Below, one piece after another: positions 1 through 9,469 of a DNA stretch of 64,000 bases. Each line of letters starts with the position of its first letter. Position 1 is the first letter of the stretch. Made by a program: the position numbers and the translations under genes. Source of the stretch: Candidatus Nanopelagicales bacterium (GTDB lineage Bacteria > Actinomycetota > Actinomycetes > S36-B12); assembly GCA_040266055.1 (NCBI GenBank), contig JBDQFC010000011.1, positions 4,377 to 68,376 on the forward strand. Reading direction: 5' to 3'. The notes beneath the pieces are model-generated. The model was not told the origin of the DNA, searched no databases, and was given only the letters and a program-made list of their open reading frames with translations.

Positions 1-7
1 ACCGTCC

Positions 8-889
8 ATGAGGAACCCCTTCCTGAGTCGCTACCGTGCAGCCGTGACCGTGATTGATGATGCGTGGCGGGCTGCCCGACGGGCCGAAGTCGCCGCCGGC
101 GTGCGGATTCGGACCCTGGAAGACCCTAATGACCAAGGGGTTGCGGTGCGAATCTTCGATGAGGTCTGGCCTCAGGACTCCGGTTCGACGGCAGTGAAGT
201 CGAACCTGCTGCGTGCTTTGATTCACTCAGGTGGCTATATCTCCGGTGCGTTCGATGGAGACCGGCCCGTCGCAGCGGCGCTCGCAGTGGTTGGTCGACA
301 TCAGACACTGAACGACGACGGGAAACTCGGCCCCGCCGGCGAGCCAGCGTCCTGGCACACGCACCTGCACTCCCATATGGCGGGCGTCCTGGACGACTAT
401 CGCAATCGAAGCATCGGTACGGCAATCAAGTTGCATCAGCGAGCGTGGGCTCTGTCGCAGAGGATCGACACGATCGTGTGGAGCTTCGATCCGTTGGTTC
501 GCCGCAATGCCCGACTCAACGTGCAAAAACTCGGCACCGAGGTCCGTGACTACCTGCCAAACTTCTACGGAGATATGGACGACGCCATCAACGCCGGAGA
601 CCCCTCAGACCGGGTATTCGCGTGGTGGGTGCTCGACGGTGAATCTGCTGTTCGAGCGGCTGTGTCACCGCTGGAGCCGGTCGATCCCGAGGCATTCGTG
701 AACGCTCGGGTTATCGCAACGCCGCCGGACATCGTTGCCTTGCGCAAGTCCGATTCGGCAGAAGCCTCGGGGTGGCGACTTCGCGTACGCGAACAGTTCC
801 TCGAGGCGTTGGGCGCTGGTTTCGTCGTCGTTGGTCTTGATAGTGAAGGTTCCTACGTCCTCGCGGAAGGATCAGTTCGTGACCATTGA
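8..889 (+). CDS. GNAT-family acyltransferase (putative D-amino-acid N-succinyl/acyltransferase)
   Basis: HLHSHMAGV..YRNRSIG acyl-CoA-binding motif and WSFDPL..RNA.LN.KLG signature. Overlaps the downstream NSAR/OSBS gene. The true start may lie slightly differently. Confidence 0.75.
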   Translation: MRNPFLSRYRAAVTVIDDAWRAARRAEVAAGVRIRTLEDPNDQGVAVRIFDEVWPQDSGSTAVKSNLLRALIHSGGYISGAFDGDRPVAAALAVVGRHQTLNDDGKLGPAGEPASWHTHLHSHMAGVLDDYRNRSIGTAIKLHQRAWALSQRIDTIVWSFDPLVRRNARLNVQKLGTEVRDYLPNFYGDMDDAINAGDPSDRVFAWWVLDGESAVRAAVSPLEPVDPEAFVNARVIATPPDIVALRKSDSAEASGWRLRVREQFLEALGAGFVVVGLDSEGSYVLAEGSVRDH

Positions 890-1991
890 AGCCCTGCGGC
901 TGCATTCGCTTGAGATACCTCTCGTGCGACCGTTTCGAACGAGTTTCGGGACGCAGAATGTGCGCGATGTGATGCTCGTCGAAGCCATCGACAGCGATGG
1001 CGTTCGAGGTTGGGGCGAATGCGTGACCCTCGGCTGGCCGGGCTATAACGCCGAATACACAGCGGGTGCGGTGCGGTTGATCGAGGAGTACCTCGCACCG
1101 ATCGTTCTCGGTAAAGACTGGACGCCGGAGGGAGTGCACTCGGCTCTTGAGGTGATTCGCGGCAACTACATCGCCCGTGCGTCTGTCGCAACGGCCGTCC
1201 TGGACATCTGGCTGCGCCGGCAGGAACTTTCACTAGGCGAGTACCTCGGCGCGGTGCGCTCGGAGGTGGAGTGCGGCGTAAGCGTCGGTATTCCCACGTC
1301 CGAGACGATCGAGGAACTCCTGGAGGAAGTCGGCACCTACGTTGAGGCCGGTTACCGCCGCATCAAGTTGAAGATAGAACCTGGCTGGGACCTCGAGCCG
1401 GTTGCGGCGGTTCGTGAGCGTTGGCCGTCGATGCCGTTACAGGTAGACGCCAATCAGGCCTACACCCGCGACCACGCCCAGCACCTGGCTCGATTGGACG
1501 AGTTCAATCTGCTGCTGATCGAACAACCGCTCATCGAAGAGGACTGGTGGGGTCACACGCTGATCGCGCGTGCCTGCGAAACACCTATCTGCCTCGATGA
1601 ATCGATCCTGTCGGTGGAATCTGCGGAGTCGGCGATCGAATTTAAGGCGGCCTCGAATATCAACATCAAGCCTGGTCGCGTAGGTGGGTTCTTGCCGTCC
1701 AAGGAGATCCACGATCTGTGCTTTGAACGAGGCGTTCCCGTCTGGTGCGGCGGAATGCTGGAGACCGGCATCGGGCGCGCGGCGAACGTCGCCTTGGCGG
1801 CGCTGCCGGGATTCACACTCCCCGGCGATACGAGTGCCTCGAACCGGTACTACGCCGAAGATGTGACCGAGCCGTTCGTCTTGCACGATGGATTGTTGAC
1901 TGTCCCGACAGGACCCGGCATCGGAGTCGACCCGATACCGGAGAACTTGGAGTCGATGTCTGTCAACGTGGTGGAGCTAACCGCCCCGTAG
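879..1991 (+). CDS. menC: o-succinylbenzoate synthase / N-succinylamino acid racemase (enolase superfamily, NSAR/OSBS type)
   Basis: RIKLKI (KxK), VDAN, IEQP, LDES, NIKPGRVGG, WCGGMLE and PGDTSAS motifs. GTG start at 879 after GGAAGG. Confidence 0.85.
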   Translation: MTIEALRLHSLEIPLVRPFRTSFGTQNVRDVMLVEAIDSDGVRGWGECVTLGWPGYNAEYTAGAVRLIEEYLAPIVLGKDWTPEGVHSALEVIRGNYIARASVATAVLDIWLRRQELSLGEYLGAVRSEVECGVSVGIPTSETIEELLEEVGTYVEAGYRRIKLKIEPGWDLEPVAAVRERWPSMPLQVDANQAYTRDHAQHLARLDEFNLLLIEQPLIEEDWWGHTLIARACETPICLDESILSVESAESAIEFKAASNINIKPGRVGGFLPSKEIHDLCFERGVPVWCGGMLETGIGRAANVALAALPGFTLPGDTSASNRYYAEDVTEPFVLHDGLLTVPTGPGIGVDPIPENLESMSVNVVELTAP

Positions 1992-1996
1992 TCGAG

Positions 1997-3751
1997 TTAC
2001 GCACTCACCTGGATGGTCACAACCCCGGAGATCCGCGAGATGGCGAGAGTTCTGACTTGCTCGTCATGGTGGTCGTACGCGGTCAGTGATCCACCGCCGA
2101 GGCGAATCGGATCAACGAGCAGTACGGCGGTCGACCCATCGGATTCGGCGTGCGTGAGGTGCACCGTCTCATTGTGATCGATCGCGTACTTCAGGCTCGC
2201 CACCACAGCGGAACTGTCCATGCGCGGGAGGTCTGATGCATCCGGGCGAGCATCGACGAGTTCTCGGACTTCCTCTGCCCGCAGGACTCGCAACGTCTTC
2301 TCCACCGTGGCTGCGGTGGCTGTCGAGCGGGGGCGTCGGGCCGGAGCCGGGGGAGTGGGAGCCTCGTGGTCCTTCGAAGCCTTGTCAGACGTCCGTGCCG
2401 CATCGTTGATCGCGTACTCCACGGGTTGCGGAAGTTCCTTGGAACTGACGTCCCTAAGGAAGTCGATCCACGCCTGGGGAGAAGGATCCACGCTCAGCGC
2501 CCGGCGTACCGATGCCTTAGAGATGCGCAGAACGTATCCGTGGCCTCGGGACTCGACATCGGCGAGATCGCGCAGACGCCTGCCGACTTGCGGACTGACG
2601 GGCCCTGGGGCGACCACTGTGTGATCCGCCTGGACGAGGACCGTGTCGACCTCATCGACGAGATGCCCGGAGATGGCCTTAGCCAGGGCTGCGGAGTCCG
2701 CTCCCTCGGCCACCTTGCGACCGGCACTCGTTAGACAGCCCTCGGTGACGACGCCCAGAACCTCAGCCTCCTGCCAGATTGTGTTGATGACTGAAGTCCT
2801 CTTCTTGCCGCTGCGTCGCGGCCAGCGGTAGTCGATTACGTCGATAGTCGTATCAAGACCGCAGGAGCCGGGAGCGTCGTCGAGGACTGTCAGCACATGA
2901 CTGCGCCAAGTACTGGCGAACGCATGCTCGTCTGTCACTAGCGGCTTGTCTGACGTGGTGCTCGGCCGGTTGCGCCATGTCTTGGCCACGATCGCCCAGC
3001 GTCGTGGCGCGGGAAGTGACCGCCACTCTTCGAATTTCTCCGTAGGCATCCAGCCGAGATCGGAGTCGGTTGCACCCACCGCGATTAGAGCAGCGGAATG
3101 CGCGATGTCTAGTGCGCACGAAACAGCAAACCGATCGGCACCTAATTGTTCTGCCAGATTGTCGAGGGCTCGAGTAGATAGACCACCGGAGCGCAGAACG
3201 GCGCCGGGCTCGCGTCGCCATAGGTCTCCGGTTTCCTCGATGATTGAGATGACCGTGCGTGCTTGGGAACCGGCATGGGCATCCACACGGGATTTGTCGG
3301 CTGCGGTTGGTTTGCCTGGCGGACACTGCGGTGGCGGCCAGGTGGGGGTGGGTGCGTTGACGACCTGATCTCGGACAGCAGTCACGACGTGGGTGCGCTC
3401 GGGGGTTCCCCATAGCAAAGCGGCGGTCCACAACTGCTGGACAGCTGACTCCACATCGCGCTTCGCCTTCTTGTCAACGCTCGTCAGGACTTCTTTCACG
3501 ATCGCCTTAGTGGTGGTCGGTTGGCTTGCAGTCAGTTCCGATGCCACGCGCAAAGTGAAGTGGTGAAGAACGTCGACGTCGTCGAGGAATCGAGCGATAG
3601 ACGGACTCGTAGAAGCCCGAGTTGTGAGTGCCCGCATGTCTGACGGAATGGGATGCACGAGGTCGGGTCGTGTGGTGAGCAGCTCGGCGATTTGTTCATC
3701 GCTGCGAGAACGGAGGTCCTCGGCAAGTGTCCGAGGTTCAGATGAACTCAT
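1997..3751 (-). CDS. Helicase-associated (XPB/Ssl2-like C-terminal domain) protein with C-terminal WYL-like domain, Rv0862c-like
   Basis: N-terminal LL..RPDL..P, LRSGGL, VLVQADHTVVAPGP, LADVESRG, and C-terminal VDPIRL...RTLAISRI. Confidence 0.75.
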   Translation of the reverse strand: MSSSEPRTLAEDLRSRSDEQIAELLTTRPDLVHPIPSDMRALTTRASTSPSIARFLDDVDVLHHFTLRVASELTASQPTTTKAIVKEVLTSVDKKAKRDVESAVQQLWTAALLWGTPERTHVVTAVRDQVVNAPTPTWPPPQCPPGKPTAADKSRVDAHAGSQARTVISIIEETGDLWRREPGAVLRSGGLSTRALDNLAEQLGADRFAVSCALDIAHSAALIAVGATDSDLGWMPTEKFEEWRSLPAPRRWAIVAKTWRNRPSTTSDKPLVTDEHAFASTWRSHVLTVLDDAPGSCGLDTTIDVIDYRWPRRSGKKRTSVINTIWQEAEVLGVVTEGCLTSAGRKVAEGADSAALAKAISGHLVDEVDTVLVQADHTVVAPGPVSPQVGRRLRDLADVESRGHGYVLRISKASVRRALSVDPSPQAWIDFLRDVSSKELPQPVEYAINDAARTSDKASKDHEAPTPPAPARRPRSTATAATVEKTLRVLRAEEVRELVDARPDASDLPRMDSSAVVASLKYAIDHNETVHLTHAESDGSTAVLLVDPIRLGGGSLTAYDHHDEQVRTLAISRISGVVTIQVSA

Positions 3752-3755
3752 TGTT

Positions 3756-3980
3756 CTATCGACGTACTTCCCGGCGGGCACGAGACGAGCGCAGCAATCC
3801 GATGATCACTACGGCTAGGCCCACCCCCGTGAGCATGGACAGGAACCACCAAACTCCAGATAACTCAACGTCGGTGAAAACTAAAGGCGTCATCGCCACG
3901 AGTGCGCACAGGATGCCGATCACGGTGATCACGGCGCCCACGCGCAGCAGTCGGTCACCTTTCGGTGCGGTCGTGTGCAT
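3756..3980 (-). CDS. Small two-helix membrane protein
   Basis: MHTTAPKGDRLLRVGAVITVIGILCALVA...WWFLSMLTGVGLAVVIIGLL. Ends 4 bp before the next gene. Confidence 0.65.
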   Translation of the reverse strand: MHTTAPKGDRLLRVGAVITVIGILCALVAMTPLVFTDVELSGVWWFLSMLTGVGLAVVIIGLLRSSRARREVRR

Positions 3981-4076
3981 CCCTCTAGCCTCCCATGCCC
4001 CCCAGGAAGGGGTAGTCACAAGGCCGTAGCATTGGTGGCCGAGCGCCAGGTAGGCGCACAGGCCAAGGAGATTCAG

Positions 4077-4457
4077 GTGCCTACAGGGACCGTGAAGTGG
4101 TACGACTCCGAGAAGGGGTTTGGCTTCATCACTGCCGATGAGGGCGATGACGTCTTCGTGCATGTGTCGACGCTGCCCGCCGGAGTTTCCGCGCTGCGCC
4201 CGGGCACCAAGGTGGATTTCGGTGTCGTCGATGGTCGCCGCGGTAAGCAGGCGCTGTCAGTAAGCATCCTGGAGACCCCGTCGGTCGCCAAGGGTGTGCG
4301 CAAGCCGGCTGACGACATGGCCGTAATCGTCGAAGACCTCATCAAATTGCTCGACGGCGTCTCTGGTCAGTTGCGCCGTGGGCGCTACCCATCGGACGAC
4401 ATGTCACGCAAGGCAGCTGCTGTGCTGCGTGCGGTCGCTGACGATCTCGACATTTAG
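4077..4457 (+). CDS. Cold-shock domain protein with C-terminal extension (CspB/Rv0871-like)
   Basis: PTGTVKWYDSEKGFGFI and DVFVH RNP motifs. AAGGAG Shine-Dalgarno before GTG 4077. Confidence 0.9.
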   Translation: MPTGTVKWYDSEKGFGFITADEGDDVFVHVSTLPAGVSALRPGTKVDFGVVDGRRGKQALSVSILETPSVAKGVRKPADDMAVIVEDLIKLLDGVSGQLRRGRYPSDDMSRKAAAVLRAVADDLDI

Positions 4458-4504
4458 TTCCTCTGACTCCCCGACGCCTGACGCGTCATCGGGGGCCTGG
4501 CTAA

Positions 4505-4981
4505 CTACGGGCGGCCGAGGCGGAAGACCCAGATTCCCTTCGCTGATTCACCGCGGCCGGCCACGATCTGGAGCAGGACTCCCTCGGCGGGAATCTCCTG
4601 AAGATCGGGGTAGGTAAAGCGGTAATAGGTGGTGTCCAGTGGGGTTGAGACCAGACGCTGCTGCCCGATCACCGGTGACCAGCCTGCGTCTGCCACCTTG
4701 GGATCGACGCTGATGCCAATGGTTTCCCCTGGAACGACCGGAATGGTCGCTACAGCGTCACCGGTGCTTGCCTCGGTGATCACGTCCTGAGCGCAATCGC
4801 CGGGTTCGAGAGCCTCGCCATCGAAAGCCCAGCAGACGGCAGGGCGGTACTCGGTCGTGGTGCCGGCAAAAACGGACACTCCCGGAGCAGGCTTTTCGCA
4901 GCCGGTCAGGACAAGGGCGCCGACGACTGCTGTCAGGGACAGCAGTGCGAGGCGGGAGCGACGATTCGTTCGAGCGGGCAT
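4505..4981 (-). CDS. Putative lipoprotein, DUF2771-like
   Basis: Lipobox LVLTGC. Conserved position between the csp gene and DUF3027. Leaderless TAACCT-N6-ATG. Confidence 0.6.
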   Translation of the reverse strand: MPARTNRRSRLALLSLTAVVGALVLTGCEKPAPGVSVFAGTTTEYRPAVCWAFDGEALEPGDCAQDVITEASTGDAVATIPVVPGETIGISVDPKVADAGWSPVIGQQRLVSTPLDTTYYRFTYPDLQEIPAEGVLLQIVAGRGESAKGIWVFRLGRP

Positions 4982-5069
4982 GGGGTGAGGTTACCTGGCC
5001 GACCTCAGCCACCGATCGTGAGAGTGACCCACCCGCCGCATCGGTTGCACGGTGGGCAAGAATCTAGTC

Positions 5070-5801
5070 ATGACCCTTCCGGCACCCGCTACGACGACGC
5101 TCAAGGAAGACGTCGTTCTTCGCGAAGCCGAGGGCATGGCGCACGATGCCGTCGTCGATGAAATGGGTGCCCGGCTAGTCGGCGCGTACTTGGGTTTCTC
5201 AAGGGATGCCGAGCGCCTCGGTACGCATACCTTCGAATGCGCGGACCCTGCCTACGTCGGCTGGCACTGGGCGGTAACGGTGTCTCGTGCCCCTCGCGCC
5301 AAGTCCGCGACGGTCTGCGAAGTTGTCTTGTTGCCTGGACCGGACTCACTCCTGGCGCCGGACTGGGTTCCTTGGAGCGACCGCATCCGCCCCGGCGACC
5401 TGGGAGTTGGTGACGTCCTTCCTACTCCGGCCGACGACCTCCGCTTGGTTCCCGGCTACTCGGGTAATGACGAGATAGACGCCATCATTGATCGCAACGA
5501 GCCGCGTGGCTGGACCGGTTGGGAAGCAGGGTTGGGGCGCTCGCGTGTGCTCTCGACGAGCGGCCGCGATCAAGCCGCCGATCGTTGGGACGGCGGAGAG
5601 TTCGGTCCTACCGCGGCGATGGCCGAGGCGGCACCCAAGCCCTGCGCGAGCTGTGGCTTCCTGATCGCGGTGGCCGGCCCGCTGTCACGAGCGTTTGGGG
5701 TGTGCTCGAACGAGTTCGCTCCGGCTGATGGCCGGTTGGTCTCCCTGGCCTACGGGTGCGGGGCGCATTCTGAGGTCGTCGAGCCAGCTTCAGAGGACTA
5801 A
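5070..5801 (+). CDS. DUF3027 domain protein
   Basis: Y.GWHWAV, LLAPDWVPW.DRIRPGDLGVGD, CASCGF and YGCGAHSE. Confidence 0.85.
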   Translation: MTLPAPATTTLKEDVVLREAEGMAHDAVVDEMGARLVGAYLGFSRDAERLGTHTFECADPAYVGWHWAVTVSRAPRAKSATVCEVVLLPGPDSLLAPDWVPWSDRIRPGDLGVGDVLPTPADDLRLVPGYSGNDEIDAIIDRNEPRGWTGWEAGLGRSRVLSTSGRDQAADRWDGGEFGPTAAMAEAAPKPCASCGFLIAVAGPLSRAFGVCSNEFAPADGRLVSLAYGCGAHSEVVEPASED

Positions 5802-5814
5802 CGGGCCCGGGCCG

Positions 5815-6042
5815 CTAAGAGGCCCGAGAGTGCAGTCGAGACCGACGGTGGAACAAGAATCCGAGTCCGATCGCGCCACTTGCAAAGCCGATCGCCGCGA
5901 CTGCCCACCACCACACGCCCGAATCAGGCTGATCAACCCCGTAAATGATCGTCACAACCAGCAGGGCGATCGCCCACAGCAGCGTTCCGATGGTGACTGC
6001 GGGGATCGCGGTTTCGTCGGCTGAGGTTGAGTGCTCGTTCAT
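5815..6042 (-). CDS. DUF2530-like small membrane protein
   Basis: GTLLWAIALLV...WWWAVAAIG, two hydrophobic helices. Syntenic with DUF3027. Confidence 0.6.
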   Translation of the reverse strand: MNEHSTSADETAIPAVTIGTLLWAIALLVVTIIYGVDQPDSGVWWWAVAAIGFASGAIGLGFLFHRRSRLHSRAS

Positions 6043-6121
6043 CAACGTCATTATTGCCGGTAGAGCAGGCGGTGGGCTCGTTCACGGGGAGTCGACGTCG
6101 ACTGCGCATAGGCTGAACGCC

Positions 6122-6211
6122 GTGGACCCACGCACCCGTCGCATTGTCACGCTCGTGGTGCTCGCAGTTGCCGTCGCAACGGTCTTCATCGCCGCAGCCG
6201 TCTCCGGGTGA
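6122..6211 (+). CDS. Putative leaderless small membrane peptide (29 aa)
   Basis: TAGGCT at 6109-6114, 7 nt before GTG. Translates as MDPRTRRIVTLVVLAVAVATVFIAAAVSG. Stop overlaps the next start (GTGA). Confidence 0.5.
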   Translation: MDPRTRRIVTLVVLAVAVATVFIAAAVSG

Positions 6212-7092
6212 TACACGTGCTCAGCAGGTCCCCGAAGTCGCGGGCGGTCGCGGTCAGCGTTGCTGCCGTGTTGGTGATTGCGACTGGTCCATCAGCCCTC
6301 GCGGTGGACAACGGCTCGTGGACCGAAGTGTGTCGATTCACCGATTCGCGCTTGACCGAGGTCAGTGGGATGGCGCCGTCTGGTATTCACGACGACGTTG
6401 TGTGGGTGCACAACGATTCTTCCGATGGTGCCCGACTGTATGGAATCGATACGCGTTCTTGCGACACCGTTGCGGAAGTGACCATGCGGGGAGTCCGAGC
6501 TCGCGACTTTGAGGCGATGGCCAGCACCCGCGACGCCAAAGGTCGCGCTGTTCTGTGGGTGGGTGACATCGGTGATAACCGCGATTCATGGCCGTTCGTC
6601 ACCATCCATAGATTGCGCGAACCGAAGAAGTTTGGTGACAGATCGCGGAAAGTGACGTCATGGCGTTTCACCTATCCCGATAGACCGCACAACGCCGAGA
6701 CCTTGATGGTTGATGGCCGGGACGTGTGGGTTGCCACGTGGCAACTCGCTAACGGCGGTTTGTATTCGGTGCCTTTGTCACGCGGGGTGGCAGTCGCTGA
6801 ACGACAAGGAGATGTGGGTCCGCTGGTGACCGATGGGGCGATCAACCCTTCGGGTGCGGCCTACGTTCTGCGGGACTATCTCGATGTCCACGTCTATGTC
6901 GGATTGCCTCCCGGTCAGCGGGTGGCGAAACTGCCGCTTCCCGTCCAGGCGCAAGGTGAAGCCATCACATGGACTCCGGACGGCCGGGGCCTGTTCACAG
7001 CGAGTGAAGACGACGATCGACTCTTGCGATTCGACTTTCCGTGGTGGGTACTTGCTGGATTGCGTCCACCCGATCACTTGGTTTCGCGCTAG
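6208..7092 (+). CDS. Secreted beta-propeller-like hypothetical protein
   Basis: Signal-peptide-like N-terminus. E.SG, WVHNDS, D.EA, VGDIGDN, HNAETL and QGEAIT repeats are typical of a phytase/SdiA-like propeller group. Confidence 0.65.
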   Translation: MIHVLSRSPKSRAVAVSVAAVLVIATGPSALAVDNGSWTEVCRFTDSRLTEVSGMAPSGIHDDVVWVHNDSSDGARLYGIDTRSCDTVAEVTMRGVRARDFEAMASTRDAKGRAVLWVGDIGDNRDSWPFVTIHRLREPKKFGDRSRKVTSWRFTYPDRPHNAETLMVDGRDVWVATWQLANGGLYSVPLSRGVAVAERQGDVGPLVTDGAINPSGAAYVLRDYLDVHVYVGLPPGQRVAKLPLPVQAQGEAITWTPDGRGLFTASEDDDRLLRFDFPWWVLAGLRPPDHLVSR

Positions 7093-8294
7093 CTGGTTAT
7101 CGGTTCATTTGACCGGACCGGCTTGACCAGGATCAGCACAAGCGCGGTTGCCAACAAGGCGGGCACGATGAGGAAGGCAGAGTGGAACCCGATCGAGTCT
7201 GACAGCGCGCCGAGGATGAAAGGCGCGATGCCGCTCGCCGCACCGGCCGCGACCGAGGACAGCCCCGAGGCTCGGTCGATGAGACCACCGGAGCCCGCGA
7301 CCGCTCGTGAGACACCGATCGGCCAGTGCACCGCGATCCCGAGTCCGACCACGAATAGAGCACCCAGGATCGCCCACGGACTCGTGGACACCCAGGCGAT
7401 GAAGAAGGCGGCGAGTGCCACCAGGATTGAGGTAATTAGAAGCCTGTCCACGCTCCAGGTCTGCGCGAGTCTGCTGCCGAACAATCGACCGAGAAACATG
7501 CCCCCTGTCACGGCGGCCAGGGATGCTGCTGCCGCCGCCGGCCCGAGCCCGGCCCGTTCACGCAGCAGGTCAGCACTCCACAACGTGAGCGTGAACTCGG
7601 TAGCGAGCAGAAGTGCGACGACGATCAAAGCCCACCAAAAGCGCCGTGGCATCTGCACCCGTGCGCTTCTCGCTGGGTGAGTAACGGTCGGCGATTCGGC
7701 GCGCTCCACGCGCGGAGTGTGTTCTTGTCGGCTGCGAAGGATCTCTGAGATCACGAGGGCCACGATCAGCGCCCATAACCCGGTTCGCCAACCCACCGCG
7801 AGTGCGGTGGTGATCCCGATGACGAGAGGCACGACAAACCCGAAGAGGGCCGCGAGAGCGTTGGCCTGGGTGAGGGCTGCAGGGCCTGCAGGACCCTGGT
7901 AGTCCAGCACGAAGGCGTTGGCGGTCGCGATCAGGGATACGCCACCGCAGGCGACGAGAGTGGTTCCGACAAGACTTGCGGTTAACCCAAACGGAAGGGT
8001 GTAAACGGCAATGCCGACGCTCATCACGATGATCGCGTAGCGAATGACCAGCCCGCGTCCCCATCGTTTGATGAGTCGAGGAATGAGAAGTCCGGTAACG
8101 ACGTTGGCAGTGGCGAAGACGACCGCGTGAAGTGACGCGACCGTTCGCGACGTGCCCTGCTCATCGCGTAACAGCGCTTGGGTTGCACCGAACCCGTAGA
8201 GGAAGAACGCAAACAAAGAGATCTGGACGTATGTAATCCAGGTGATGCGGTCGAGAACCGGTCGACGCCCGAGATCGGGCGACGACGTCGTCAC
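7089..8294 (-). CDS. MFS transporter
   Basis: About 12 hydrophobic segments, with LIKRWGR and GSRLAQ motif-A-like loops. Confidence 0.85.
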   Translation of the reverse strand: MTTSSPDLGRRPVLDRITWITYVQISLFAFFLYGFGATQALLRDEQGTSRTVASLHAVVFATANVVTGLLIPRLIKRWGRGLVIRYAIIVMSVGIAVYTLPFGLTASLVGTTLVACGGVSLIATANAFVLDYQGPAGPAALTQANALAALFGFVVPLVIGITTALAVGWRTGLWALIVALVISEILRSRQEHTPRVERAESPTVTHPARSARVQMPRRFWWALIVVALLLATEFTLTLWSADLLRERAGLGPAAAAASLAAVTGGMFLGRLFGSRLAQTWSVDRLLITSILVALAAFFIAWVSTSPWAILGALFVVGLGIAVHWPIGVSRAVAGSGGLIDRASGLSSVAAGAASGIAPFILGALSDSIGFHSAFLIVPALLATALVLILVKPVRSNEPITS

Positions 8295-9415
8295 GCGAGT
8301 TGCGAGATGACGTAGTCCAGGCAGCTGGTCAGCGCTCGGACGTCATCGGGCTCCACGGCAGGGAACACAGCGATGCGTAGTTGGTTGCGCCCGAGCTTTC
8401 GGTATGGCTCGGTATCCACGATTCCGTTCGCGCGCAGCGCACTGGTGATGGCGGTGGCATCGATGGAATCGTCGATGTCGATCGTCACGACCACGGCCGA
8501 CCGTTGCGATGGGTTCGAGACGAACGGCGTGGCAACACTCGTCTTCTCCGCCCACTCGTACAGCACGCCGGAGGACTCCGCCGTGCGGGCGGTGCACCAG
8601 TTCAGGCCACCGTTTGCGTTGAACCAGTCAACCTGCTCGGCCATCATGAAGATCGTGGCGAGTGCGGGGGTGTTGTATGTCTGGTCCTTGCGCGAGTTGT
8701 CGACTGCTGTTTCAAGATCCAGGAAGTCCGGAATCCAACGTCCCGATGCCTTGATCTGCGCCGAACGCTCGAGCGCTGCCGGTGACATGAGTGCGATCCA
8801 CAGGCCACCGTCGGAACCAAAGGACTTTTGCGGAGCGAAGTAGTAAGTGTCGAACTGCGACGCTTCCACCGCCAGGCCGCCGGCTCCCGAGGTGGCATCA
8901 ATCAGCATGAGTGCGCCGGCGTCGGCGCCATCGACCCGCTGCGGGGTCACCGCGACACCGGTCGAAGTTTCGTTGTGGGGTGAGCAATAGGTGTCGATTC
9001 CGGCCTCGGCGGCGAACGCCGGGGCCGATCCGGGATCCGCGGTGATGATCGTGGGATCGCCCAGGTGGGGAGCCTTCTTGGCGCCGGAAGCGAATTTGGC
9101 ACCGAACTCACCGAAGGACAGGAACTGTGCTCGGTCCTCGATCAGACCGAAGTTCGCGACGTCCCAGAAAGCGGTAGAGCCACCGTTGCCGAGGACTACC
9201 TCGTAGCCCTCGGGTAGGGCGAACAGGTCACGCAGGCCCGCTCGCAGCCGGCCCACTTCGGACTTGACTGCCTTTTGGCGGTGTGAAGTGCCCAGGTAGG
9301 ACTGCCACACGCCAGCGAGAGCATCGACCTGGGCTTTGCGCACCTTAGAGGGGCCGGCACCGAAGCGTCCGTCGGCGGGCAGCAGATCGGCGGGGATACG
9401 GATGTCCTGAGACAC
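8291..9415 (-). CDS. serC: Phosphoserine aminotransferase
   Basis: DGRFGAGPSKVR, GTSHRQ, HNETSTGV, YFAPQKSFGSDGG (PLP lysine) and QTYNTP. Confidence 0.95.
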   Translation of the reverse strand: MSQDIRIPADLLPADGRFGAGPSKVRKAQVDALAGVWQSYLGTSHRQKAVKSEVGRLRAGLRDLFALPEGYEVVLGNGGSTAFWDVANFGLIEDRAQFLSFGEFGAKFASGAKKAPHLGDPTIITADPGSAPAFAAEAGIDTYCSPHNETSTGVAVTPQRVDGADAGALMLIDATSGAGGLAVEASQFDTYYFAPQKSFGSDGGLWIALMSPAALERSAQIKASGRWIPDFLDLETAVDNSRKDQTYNTPALATIFMMAEQVDWFNANGGLNWCTARTAESSGVLYEWAEKTSVATPFVSNPSQRSAVVVTIDIDDSIDATAITSALRANGIVDTEPYRKLGRNQLRIAVFPAVEPDDVRALTSCLDYVISQLA

Positions 9416-9469
9416 GGGTTCATCACTCCTGAGATCGAGAAAGGAATCACGAGTATTCCTCGTCGCCTC

